This document shows, in pieces, positions 38,018-46,027 of a DNA stretch of 64,000 nt. Within the stretch, counting starts at the first letter, position 1, and each line of letters starts with the position of its first letter. The stretch is from the sequence record MK568540.2, one strand, 5' to 3'. The notes under the pieces are model-generated. The model ran no database searches. It saw only the letters and a list, made by a program, of their open reading frames with translations, and was not told the DNA's origin. The translations under genes were made by a program, and so were the position numbers.

Positions 38018-38470
38018 TTATACCTCTCGTTGATTTTCATATTCGCTCGGTTGAGTCAAGATAAACTCTAGCCATTGGCGACGATATTCAGTAAATAGCT
38101 CTAAATCTACTTTGCCATTGTCTTGAATAGCAATATCGTGAATAAACGTACCGCGGTAATAATCGACGTTTAGACATGCTTTGAGCTTAGACAGTGCTGC
38201 TTCAGACAAGTCGATTTTGCCTTGTAATGCATTGTCATAAACTCGCTTAACAAAAGGCGCTGCAATCTTAGATAACGTAGTTTTCACGTCAACGTAAGAC
38301 GAATATTTTTCAAATGGATTTTTGGTAGAACGTACAAGAAACGCAATTTCATTACACGTATAACCATACATATCAGTTAAAATATCACCATCTTTTAGTA
38401 GTTCAGCAGCAGCTACTTTGATTTCACCCAGATGTTTCATTACACATTCTCCACGATATGTTTCAGCCAT
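38018..38470 (-). CDS. YTC/R..WL family paralog 1
   Basis: A.ELL..YTC...FIH...RRQWLEFI; start probably MKHLGE (38440). Confidence 0.7.
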   Translation of the reverse strand: MAETYRGECVMKHLGEIKVAAAELLKDGDILTDMYGYTCNEIAFLVRSTKNPFEKYSSYVDVKTTLSKIAAPFVKRVYDNALQGKIDLSEAALSKLKACLNVDYYRGTFIHDIAIQDNGKVDLELFTEYRRQWLEFILTQPSEYENQREV

Positions 38471-38817
38471 GCTTTACGAGCCGCTACGAAACATTCAAAA
38501 TCAATTTCTTTACCGCGCATAGAAATCACGTGAATGAACGCAGATGAGAAGAAAGAATCAGCCATGATCCACTTGAGTTCAGAGCGTGATGCCTCTTCTA
38601 GCTCAAAGCCAAGTGTTTCGACGGGATTGCGCAATACTGCATATAAGAACGACTTAGCGAGTTCACGAATAACTGCTTTAACTTCGCTATAAGTGTAATC
38701 ACTGCTATCGTCGATAAGATCAACAATGCGATTGCACGTATAGCTATTGATGTTTGAAGTGATGTCATCTTCAAGTAATTCAGTCGCGGCTTGGCGAATG
38801 CGTTCATGTAGATTCAT
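38440..38817 (-). CDS. YTC/R..WL family paralog 2
   Basis: ATELL..YTC...AFIH...RKAWLKHI. Confidence 0.7.
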   Translation of the reverse strand: MNLHERIRQAATELLEDDITSNINSYTCNRIVDLIDDSSDYTYSEVKAVIRELAKSFLYAVLRNPVETLGFELEEASRSELKWIMADSFFSSAFIHVISMRGKEIDFECFVAARKAWLKHIVENV

Positions 38818-38818
38818 T

Positions 38819-39253
38819 TTATTTTCCCTCGTACTGTGACAAGAATTTCAACCATGCTTTACGTGCTGCTACGAAATGTTCTTTATTCAACGGCCCGTAT
38901 GCACGAGCAATCGCGTGTACAAATGCACCTGCTAGACCCCAATCAAAATCGTCTTGTAGTTCATCGATTGTATCTTCTGGTAGAATAAAACCAAGTACAC
39001 CGTAAGAGTCTGCAATGACAGTTTTAACAAACTCAAGACCTGCTTCTTCTACATGTTCATTACATGGTGCATAAAGTCTTGCTTTTTCTCTTTTCGACAA
39101 GTCATATCGAGCTTCAAACAAATCTGAAACACGATTAATGACAATACAACAGCTATACTCGTAAGAGTCTGCAAGTAAGGCATTGTCATTAGACATTTCA
39201 GTAGCCATTGCGCGAATTTCTTTGATGATTTCTGATTTCTCAATTGCTCTCAT
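38819..39253 (-). CDS. YTC/R..WL family paralog 3
   Basis: ATEM..YSC...AFVH...RKAWLKFL. Confidence 0.7.
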   Translation of the reverse strand: MRAIEKSEIIKEIRAMATEMSNDNALLADSYEYSCCIVINRVSDLFEARYDLSKREKARLYAPCNEHVEEAGLEFVKTVIADSYGVLGFILPEDTIDELQDDFDWGLAGAFVHAIARAYGPLNKEHFVAARKAWLKFLSQYEGK

Positions 39254-39256
39254 ATC

Positions 39257-39508
39257 TTATCCCTTGTAAGCTGCTTCGATTTTCTCAATGATTTGACCGT
39301 AAGGCAAACCACTCTTGTATAGCTCATTGAACATTTTGTTTACGTTGTTCGCGATTTCACGCATAACAGTAGCTGAAGCAGCAGTCGTTTTGTGACTGAT
39401 TTTAACACCAGTACGACCGATGAATAGCTTTACTTCACTCTTGTCAGAAGCAATGATTTTAAGCCAAAGTGAATCGTGATTGATTTTGCTGCGCGTGATT
39501 AAGTTCAT
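39257..39508 (-). CDS. hypothetical protein
   Basis: start refined to MNLITR after AGAGAACATTATG. Confidence 0.65.
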   Translation of the reverse strand: MNLITRSKINHDSLWLKIIASDKSEVKLFIGRTGVKISHKTTAASATVMREIANNVNKMFNELYKSGLPYGQIIEKIEAAYKG

Positions 39509-39569
39509 AATGTTCTCTTTCGTTTCAATGAAGATATTATCGGCTATTGCTGGTGGAAGTGTCAAGCAC

Positions 39570-39743
39570 TTAGTAGTTAATTTTACCAGCGCGACGTAAG
39601 TCAGATTGAGCTTTCATGACTTTTGCAGAAAACGCGTAATCATCATTTGCATTTGATTCAGCAATAAGGTCGTAGAACTGGTCTTCTGTCATTGACATAA
39701 CAAGTTCAATTGCGTCGATTTTAGTAGCGTTTGCGTAAGTCAT
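39570..39743 (-). CDS. 57-aa microprotein (not in ORF track)
   Basis: MTYANATKIDAIEL...; directly behind promoter cassette and leader. Confidence 0.7.
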   Translation of the reverse strand: MTYANATKIDAIELVMSMTEDQFYDLIAESNANDDYAFSAKVMKAQSDLRRAGKINY

Positions 39744-39758
39744 AATGTTCTCTCTGTA

Positions 39759-39814
39759 TCTCGTTTCGATAAGAGAATAATACAGTAAGTGGCTACATCA
39801 CGCAACCACTTTTT
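39759..39814 (-). promoter_or_regulatory. early promoter cassette
   Basis: TTGCGT(39800-05)-17-TATTAT(39777-82); ATCGAAACGAGATAC leader. Confidence 0.8.
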
Positions 39815-39829
39815 GTACTTTTTTTGCTT

Positions 39830-40237
39830 TTATAGTGAATTAATCAAGAATTTTAACCATGCTTTACGTACAAATACAAAATCAATATCATCGGCATCTT
39901 CAAATACACGCGATACGCTATGTACAAATGCACTAAGCTTGTTTTGAAAAATCTCGTTGAGATATTCAGCTTCAGTTGAAGTCAATTCACGACCAAATAC
40001 AGCTTCAGGGTTAGCTTGTAGATGGTCACAGAAAGCTTCGCCTTTATCTTTAATGATACGCATAGCTTTTTGTTGAGCAAGAACGCCAAGCTTGATTTCG
40101 ACGTGATCATCTAAAATATGACACGTGTAAGCGTCTTCATCGCTTAAAATCGCGGTATTTTGACGTAATTCCAGTGCTTTTTCGCTAATTACACGGCGAA
40201 TTTCAGTGTTATCAAGGAAATCTGGTAGAATTTTCAT
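39830..40237 (-). CDS. YTC/R..WL family paralog 4
   Basis: ALEL..YTC...AFVH...RKAWLKFL; start refined to MKILPD. Confidence 0.7.
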   Translation of the reverse strand: MKILPDFLDNTEIRRVISEKALELRQNTAILSDEDAYTCHILDDHVEIKLGVLAQQKAMRIIKDKGEAFCDHLQANPEAVFGRELTSTEAEYLNEIFQNKLSAFVHSVSRVFEDADDIDFVFVRKAWLKFLINSL

Positions 40238-40241
40238 AGTT

Positions 40242-40559
40242 TTATCCCTTATCTTGGTACATACGTACAGTGTTAGAAGCAAAATCGATGTCTAAATCGT
40301 AGTATTCGCCGACTTGAAAGAAATTATTCTTGGCATTAATCTCGTTAATGCGCTCAATACGTAGCAGTGTATAAGTCATACCACTATCAATCGTGTAGTC
40401 TTGACCTTCAATCATACCGTACTCAGCAGCTAGATAAATGCGAACTGAAGACAAAGCATTACCGTTCTTCGCGTACATGCTCTTATCAAGCTCATGACGC
40501 ATACCACCACGCGGGTGACAAGAAACAGTAAATGACTTAGTTTCGTTGATGATTTGCAT
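40242..40559 (-). CDS. hypothetical protein
   Basis: start refined to MQIINE after cassette leader. Confidence 0.7.
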   Translation of the reverse strand: MQIINETKSFTVSCHPRGGMRHELDKSMYAKNGNALSSVRIYLAAEYGMIEGQDYTIDSGMTYTLLRIERINEINAKNNFFQVGEYYDLDIDFASNTVRMYQDKG

Positions 40560-40570
40560 AATATTCTCTC

Positions 40571-40632
40571 TAGTCGTTGTCGTTTCGATAAAGCTATAAT
40601 ACAAAAAAGGGCTGCATAGTGCAACCCCTTTT
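40571..40632 (-). promoter_or_regulatory. fused terminator/early promoter cassette
   Basis: TTGCAC(40619-24)-17-TATTAT(40596-601); leader similar to 14968-14990. Confidence 0.8.
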
Positions 40633-40638
40633 ATTAAA

Positions 40639-41709
40639 TTATTTTCGCTTGCAACGAGCGTTCTTTGTCATATGAGCACAGCACTCATCAAGAAACCCCT
40701 TTCTATTAGCAGAAGAATAAGCCGCACTAGAGTTTTTCTGCCAATCACTTCTAGTCTTATATTTCAATGCATCTTCTTTAAGACGTTCAAGTGTCCAATA
40801 TCCATTAGGTTTTCTTTGTAATTCCATATGAGCACAGCACTCATCAATTATACCCTGATTATAAGCATTACTACAACCGCTAGAGTTTTCCCTCCATTCT
40901 CGGCGAGTCTTATATTTCAATGCATCTTCTTTAAGACGTTCAAGTGTCCAATATCCATTAGGTTTTTGATGCATTGTCATATGAGCATAACACTCGTCAA
41001 GTAATCCTTTCTTATGAGCAGCAGCGTAAGCACTGGGTGACATTTTCCGCCACTCAGAACTTGTCTTGTATTTCAACGCATCTTCTTTAAGACGTTCAGG
41101 TGTCCATTTTAATGTTGAACTCCCCAATGCACCAGCTTTAGAACGATTTAAAATAATCCATCCATTGTTTCTGTAGTACTCAATGTGTTCTTTCTCTGCA
41201 ATTTGCGCCAGTTCTTGATTCATATACTCAGTCAATTGCTCGAACTTGACGTTTTCAATGCCATGACGTTCGATTAGATCTATGACCTGAGTTGTTTTCT
41301 TTCGATGAGAACTAAAGCGTTGCTTAGTATCGTAAGTCAACCCAATGTAAATCTCATTACCTGCATAGATTCGATATATACAGCGAGAAAATGCGTTTTT
41401 AGTTGATGGCTTCATATGACCACAACACTCGTCAAGCAACCCTTTCTTATGAGCAGCATCATAAGCACTGCCTGACATTTTCTGCCAATCACTTCTAGTA
41501 TTGTACTTCAATGCATCTTCTTTAAGACGTTCAAGTGTCCAATACCCTCTAGGTTTTTGATGCATTGTCATATGACCACAACACTCATCAATTATACCCC
41601 TACTCTGAGCAGCAGAGTATCCAGATGACATTTTATTCCATTCTTGGCGAGTCTTGTATTTCAACGCATCTTCTTTAAGACGTTCAGATGTCCATTTAAT
41701 TCTAGTCAT
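40639..41709 (-). CDS. GIY-YIG endonuclease with five ~50-aa repeats
   Basis: CIYRIY..NEIYIG.T...R...H GIY-YIG core; repeats WT.ERLKEDALKY.TR..W...DECC.HM (2 N-terminal, 3 C-terminal); start refined to MTRIKW. Confidence 0.85.
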   Translation of the reverse strand: MTRIKWTSERLKEDALKYKTRQEWNKMSSGYSAAQSRGIIDECCGHMTMHQKPRGYWTLERLKEDALKYNTRSDWQKMSGSAYDAAHKKGLLDECCGHMKPSTKNAFSRCIYRIYAGNEIYIGLTYDTKQRFSSHRKKTTQVIDLIERHGIENVKFEQLTEYMNQELAQIAEKEHIEYYRNNGWIILNRSKAGALGSSTLKWTPERLKEDALKYKTSSEWRKMSPSAYAAAHKKGLLDECYAHMTMHQKPNGYWTLERLKEDALKYKTRREWRENSSGCSNAYNQGIIDECCAHMELQRKPNGYWTLERLKEDALKYKTRSDWQKNSSAAYSSANRKGFLDECCAHMTKNARCKRK

Positions 41710-41719
41710 AATATTCTCC

Positions 41720-41770
41720 AATTCAAAAACTGTAGAATATAAAAAAGGGCTGCATAGCGCAACCCTTTTC
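41720..41770 (-). promoter_or_regulatory. fused terminator/promoter duplicated upstream of each GIY-YIG gene
   Basis: TTGCGC(41757-62)-17-TATTCT(41734-39). Confidence 0.75.
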
Positions 41771-41775
41771 TTCAT

Positions 41776-42996
41776 TTATTTTTTGACTCGTATTGGCATA
41801 TGACCACAACATTCATCAAGTATACCTTGTATTCGAGCAGCTTGATACGCACTAGATTTCTTCTGCCATTCTCGGCGAGTCTTGTACTTCAATGCATCTT
41901 CTTTTAGACGTTCGGTTGTCCAATAACCACTCGGCTTTCTTGTAGTAGTCATATGAGAACAACATTCATCAATTATACCACGTTTTCGAGCAGTTTGATA
42001 CGCACCACTAGAGTTCTTGTACCATTCATTTCGAGTTTTGTATTTCAATGCATCTTCTTTTAGACGTTCAAGTGTCCAATAACCACTCGGCTTCTGTCTT
42101 GTAGCGGGCATATGACCACAACATTCATCAATTATACCACGTTTTCGAGCAGCATCATAACCACTAGAGTTCTTCTGCCATTCATTTCGAGTTTTGTATT
42201 TCAATGCATCTTCTTTTAGACGTTCGGTTGTCCAATGCAACATATCACCACCAAGACTACCAGCCTTAGAACGATTCAAAATAACCCAATCGTTATTCGC
42301 GTAGTACTCAATATGTTCCGCCTCTGCAATCTGAGCAAGTTCCGGCTCCATGTAGTCAGTCAATCGCTCGAAAATCACATTCTCAATCCCAACTCGCTCT
42401 ATTAAATCTACAATCTGCGGCGTTCCTTTACGATGGTCGTGGAATCGTCTATCAGTATCATACGTCAACCCGATGTAAATCTCATTACCAGAATATATAC
42501 GATAGATACAACGCTTTGATAAATTCTTGACATTTGTCTTCATATGAGAACAACATTCATCAATTATACCACGTTGTTGAGCGGCACTATAAGCGCCACT
42601 AGAGTTCTTGGCCCATTCTCTGCGAGTCTTGTACTTCAATGCATCTTCTTTAAGACGTTCAAGTGTCCAATAACCATTCGCCTTCCTTGTAGTAGTCATA
42701 TGAGAACAACATTCATCGATCAACCCATGATAATGAGCGGCACTATAAGCGCCACTAGAGTTCTTGTGCCATTCATTTCTGGTCTGGTATTTCAATGCAT
42801 CTTCTTTTAGACGTTCAAGTGTCCAATAACCCCTCGGCTTTACCAGTGCTGTCATATGACGGCAGCACTCATCAAGCAATCCTCTCTTATGAGCAGCATC
42901 ATAACCACTACGTGATTTCTTCTGCCATTCACCACGAGTCTTGTACTTTAAAGCGTCTTCTTTAAGTAACCCAAGCGTCCATTTAATTCTAGCCAT
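41776..42996 (-). CDS. GIY-YIG endonuclease with six ~50-aa repeats
   Basis: same core and repeats (3 N-terminal, 3 C-terminal); start refined to MARIKW. Confidence 0.85.
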   Translation of the reverse strand: MARIKWTLGLLKEDALKYKTRGEWQKKSRSGYDAAHKRGLLDECCRHMTALVKPRGYWTLERLKEDALKYQTRNEWHKNSSGAYSAAHYHGLIDECCSHMTTTRKANGYWTLERLKEDALKYKTRREWAKNSSGAYSAAQQRGIIDECCSHMKTNVKNLSKRCIYRIYSGNEIYIGLTYDTDRRFHDHRKGTPQIVDLIERVGIENVIFERLTDYMEPELAQIAEAEHIEYYANNDWVILNRSKAGSLGGDMLHWTTERLKEDALKYKTRNEWQKNSSGYDAARKRGIIDECCGHMPATRQKPSGYWTLERLKEDALKYKTRNEWYKNSSGAYQTARKRGIIDECCSHMTTTRKPSGYWTTERLKEDALKYKTRREWQKKSSAYQAARIQGILDECCGHMPIRVKK

Positions 42997-43006
42997 AATA
43001 TTCTCT

Positions 43007-43058
43007 AATTCAAAAACTGTAGAATACAAAAAAGGGCTGCATAGCGCAACCCCTTTCT
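43007..43058 (-). promoter_or_regulatory. fused terminator/promoter (copy of 41720..41770)
   Basis: TTGCGC(43044-49)-17-TATTCT(43021-26). Confidence 0.75.
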
Positions 43059-43065
43059 TTAACTT

Positions 43066-43677
43066 TTACGAATGAAGCTCTTCATCGTACTGACTAGCAA
43101 GATAACGACCATCAATACGATAATCACCACAATCAGATACTAAACCATCTACACTAGAATCACCAACTGTAAACACAACTAGTTTACCATACGTCTCAAC
43201 GGCAATTTGTGTCGGACGAGATACAACAACTGTCGCGTCATGTGCATATGCCAATACACTATCGCTTTCGGCATAAATGTCTAGTATCTCACCAACCACT
43301 AGCTCATGCTCTTCATCGACAAAATCAGTTTCTTTATACGTGTAAACAAGACGACCGCTCTTCCACTTACAAGGATACCAATCCCAATCTTTCGCAGATA
43401 GCTTCAGGCGTGCATCTACAGAGACTTTTTGACCATTAATCTTAGTCTCTCGCTGAACATTACCATTCACGCGCTCTTCTTCTACTGAATAAAACGAACC
43501 GTCATCACATACAAGCATATATGTCGGCTGCTCTACACCACGAATACCATCACCCGAATCAATGCAATTCAAATAACCAGACCATGTGTTGTAGTACGTC
43601 TCAACTCGCGATAAACTACCACTCGGCATAACCGCTTGCTTCTCTACTACCTTTTTGTTTCTTTCTACTCGTTTCAT
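43066..43677 (-). CDS. hypothetical protein
   Basis: 203 aa, AGGGG SD. Confidence 0.65.
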   Translation of the reverse strand: MKRVERNKKVVEKQAVMPSGSLSRVETYYNTWSGYLNCIDSGDGIRGVEQPTYMLVCDDGSFYSVEEERVNGNVQRETKINGQKVSVDARLKLSAKDWDWYPCKWKSGRLVYTYKETDFVDEEHELVVGEILDIYAESDSVLAYAHDATVVVSRPTQIAVETYGKLVVFTVGDSSVDGLVSDCGDYRIDGRYLASQYDEELHS

Positions 43678-43748
43678 CTAATACCCCTTGGAAAAATTCT
43701 ACATCACTGCAACGCTTATAATCATCTGCCAGTAACGGCAGACTACGT

Positions 43749-44078
43749 TCATATCTTAACCTTATTAATGTTCTCTATAATGTATTTCAACCAGCTCTTG
43801 CGCTCATATGCACGCAACTTACGACGCTCACAAGGCGGATGATACGCACAGATAAAAGAATAACAATCTTCTAACTCATTAGGCATATCACTCTGGCGTA
43901 CATACATACGCTGCAAATGCTTTAATTTAAGCTTAATCAAGCTAACCATTTCTGAATTCACACCACGCTGCAACTCTAAACAGGTGTACACGCGATGCAA
44001 CTCACCACAATTCAATAACTCTAGAGCACGAGCACGTACATGGCGATTCACTCTGTAATTCTTAAACAACATTACCAA
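43749..44078 (-). CDS. YTC/R..WL family paralog 5
   Basis: RALELL..YTC...SFI...RKSWLKYI. Confidence 0.65.
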   Translation of the reverse strand: MVMLFKNYRVNRHVRARALELLNCGELHRVYTCLELQRGVNSEMVSLIKLKLKHLQRMYVRQSDMPNELEDCYSFICAYHPPCERRKLRAYERKSWLKYIIENINKVKI

Positions 44079-44218
44079 TTACCAGTGAACATCATTACAC
44101 CACAGAACATCGTGGCGATTAATGCAAAGTCTAAAATACATGTACCAAGGTACAAGTCACTTGGTCGCTCACTGTATTTCATGTCGCGACTCATATAAAA
44201 TAACGCCAATGTAATCAC
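44072..44218 (-). CDS. 48-aa membrane microprotein (not in ORF track)
   Basis: GGAGG SD, GTG start, hydrophobic C-terminus. Confidence 0.45.
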   Translation of the reverse strand: MITLALFYMSRDMKYSERPSDLYLGTCILDFALIATMFCGVMMFTGNW

Positions 44219-44388
44219 AATTACCTCCGTAGGCAGTTCAAATCTCTTTGCATTCTCTCACATAATGCCGCTGGCTGTCAAGCAAAAAGATGCGAAGCGG
44301 ATTAGATTTTCACAAATGATGTAAGGTTTTAGACTGCCGCGTACCACACAGGAGCCGATGAGTCTTTCACCATTTTTTCACTAAAAAG

Positions 44389-44497
44389 TTATCCACATTA
44401 TCCACAGACTTATGCACAGCTAAATCATGTTTTTATACACAGATTTCAGACACTTATGCACAATCTCATACACATATTATCCACAGATTTATACACA
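44389..44497 (+). repeat. array of DnaA boxes (candidate origin or DnaA-titration site)
   Basis: TTATCCACA 44389, 44398, 44477; TTATGCACA 44410, 44454; TTATACACA 44433, 44489; TCATACACA 44466; all same strand, in a ~370 bp non-coding gap. Confidence 0.85.
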
Positions 44498-44588
44498 TGT
44501 GCATTTAAACGAGGCATGGTGCGATATATTAAAAACAATACTATCTGTACCATGCTCTGAGACGCTGTGAGAGCGATTCTAAGCGTTT

Positions 44589-44705
44589 TTAGTCATCGTT
44601 TGATATATCGCTCAGGCACCAACCGGCTATAGCTGCTAGAGCACATAGAACAAGCATGAGGTAGCCGATAGGTATATCGTTTAGTAGATTGATTAGTGTT
44701 TGCAT
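44589..44705 (-). CDS. 38-aa membrane microprotein (not in ORF track)
   Basis: MQTLINLLNDIPIGYLMLVLCALAAIAGW..; TAATG coupling. Confidence 0.45.
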   Translation of the reverse strand: MQTLINLLNDIPIGYLMLVLCALAAIAGWCLSDISNDD

Positions 44706-44872
44706 TACGATAGTTTAAAGCTCAATGATAGAATATCAATTAGGTAATACTGAATGATACAGTTAAACGCAGTTGTTATTAGCAGAGCCACGAATGGAAC
44801 TGTTCGTTTTGATTTATCGGTTACAAACAGATATGTAGTGAGAATCAGAATTAAGATTGATAGTGCGAACAT
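44705..44872 (-). CDS. 55-aa membrane microprotein (not in ORF track)
   Basis: MFALSILILILTTYLF...; AGGA SD. Confidence 0.5.
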   Translation of the reverse strand: MFALSILILILTTYLFVTDKSKRTVPFVALLITTAFNCIIQYYLIDILSLSFKLS

Positions 44873-44876
44873 GAGT

Positions 44877-45092
44877 TTATCCTATTGATAGATTAAAGCG
44901 TGCAGCGACATAGCTTGCTCGTTGGTTGTTGTCATTAGTAATACGAATCATAGGTGGTTTATTTGTATGTTCGTTTACGTTATACATGTGAACGACATAT
45001 TCTTTGCCTAGAGTAATGCCGCTTGGTGGTTCTGGTTTATCGATACGAGTTGAAGTATTGTCTATGCATATTGCTTTGATAGTTTGATTCAT
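44877..45092 (-). CDS. hypothetical protein
   Basis: 71 aa; CID...IT.GK.Y, RI.ND motif. Confidence 0.65.
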   Translation of the reverse strand: MNQTIKAICIDNTSTRIDKPEPPSGITLGKEYVVHMYNVNEHTNKPPMIRITNDNNQRASYVAARFNLSIG

Positions 45093-45253
45093 ATTGCGCC
45101 TGCCGTTACGTGTAGTAGAACATACGAGACAAAGCCTAGAACAGCAGTGATTACTAGTTTCACGAATCTAGGTTTGTTAATGAAGCTGAAGATACTCATG
45201 CCAGTGAGTATTGCACAGCATAGAAGTGTCATTAGTAGTATTGTCAAGCTCAT
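45089..45253 (-). CDS. 54-aa membrane microprotein (not in ORF track)
   Basis: MSLTILLMTLLCC...; ATGA overlaps. Confidence 0.5.
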   Translation of the reverse strand: MSLTILLMTLLCCAILTGMSIFSFINKPRFVKLVITAVLGFVSYVLLHVTAGAI

Positions 45254-45423
45254 AGTGTTACTCCGTATTTGTGAATCACAATCATGTTAGCTAGATTGAC
45301 TATACAGCAAATGGCATTGAATATCAAGACAAAGTTTCTGTATTCTTTAGACATGATTTGCTCGTGTGAGTCTATCATTAGCACGACGCTGAATACTGCG
45401 ATGATAATAGATAGTCCAATCAT
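45250..45423 (-). CDS. small membrane protein
   Basis: start refined to MIGLSI after AGGA SD. Confidence 0.6.
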   Translation of the reverse strand: MIGLSIIIAVFSVVLMIDSHEQIMSKEYRNFVLIFNAICCIVNLANMIVIHKYGVTL

Positions 45424-45453
45424 AATGTTTTCCTTTCTTGATTTGATATGTGT

Positions 45454-45491
45454 ATGATACGCGAAAGGGCTGACAACTGTCAACCCTTTTC
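45454..45491 (-). promoter_or_regulatory. fused terminator/promoter
   Basis: TTGACA(45478-83)-18-TATCAT(45454-59) in gggttgaca/tgtcagccc hairpin. Confidence 0.7.
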
Positions 45492-45492
45492 T

Positions 45493-45852
45493 TTAATATA
45501 ATTCATATGATCTGAGATTATTCATATCGAAGATATAGAAGTCTCTATTGCCACTACCGTCATCGGCAGTAGTCAACATGTATTTGTTATCAGTTGATAG
45601 CCACACGCTTGTGCCGTAAACTTCTACTGCATAGCAATCGCCTTCTTCTAATGCATTAGCGTCTTCAAAGCCGTATTGGAACTCACGTATTTGATTAATG
45701 ACGGTATGCATGTCTTTCACGTCGTCAGTTACTAGATCGCAAGTGAATAGCACATCGGTGCAGTCTACTAGTCCGTGCCATAGATGGTCGAGACCAAACT
45801 TCGCTGCGATGGCTTCTTCAGTTTCTTTCATTGTTTTAAGTAGTTCTTTCAT
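45493..45852 (-). CDS. hypothetical acidic protein
   Basis: 119 aa. Confidence 0.7.
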   Translation of the reverse strand: MKELLKTMKETEEAIAAKFGLDHLWHGLVDCTDVLFTCDLVTDDVKDMHTVINQIREFQYGFEDANALEEGDCYAVEVYGTSVWLSTDNKYMLTTADDGSGNRDFYIFDMNNLRSYELY

Positions 45853-45854
45853 GA

Positions 45855-46025
45855 TTAAGCTCTCTTGACGTGAATTTCGCAGCGGCTAACTGTCTTTTGT
45901 ACAGTATGGAATCGTGCTTTGATTGATTGTAGGTAATCGATGACTAATGCTTTATCGCGTGCTGAGTCTACTGTAATTACGTTTTCGTTTACTTTGATGT
46001 GTTGTAAGTATTCTGGTAATTTCAT
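45855..46025 (-). CDS. 56-aa microprotein (not in ORF track)
   Basis: hand-translated MKLPEYLQHIKV... Confidence 0.5.
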   Translation of the reverse strand: MKLPEYLQHIKVNENVITVDSARDKALVIDYLQSIKARFHTVQKTVSRCEIHVKRA

Positions 46026-46027
46026 TG

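Noticed and set aside
39510-39566. Promoter cassette variant before 39257..39508
   Set aside because: The leader resembles the cassette, but TTGACA to TAATAT spacing is 20 bp, so it was not called as a promoter.
40639-42996. DNA-level ~150-bp repeats as a CRISPR array or group I intron
   Set aside because: The repeats are in-frame protein repeats with no unique spacers. The ORFs are free-standing with their own promoters and no split host gene.
44389-44497. DnaA-box array as a CRISPR mini-array or simple microsatellite
   Set aside because: Units are 9 bp with 0-14 bp gaps, far below CRISPR dimensions, and variation is confined mainly to the N position of the DnaA consensus.
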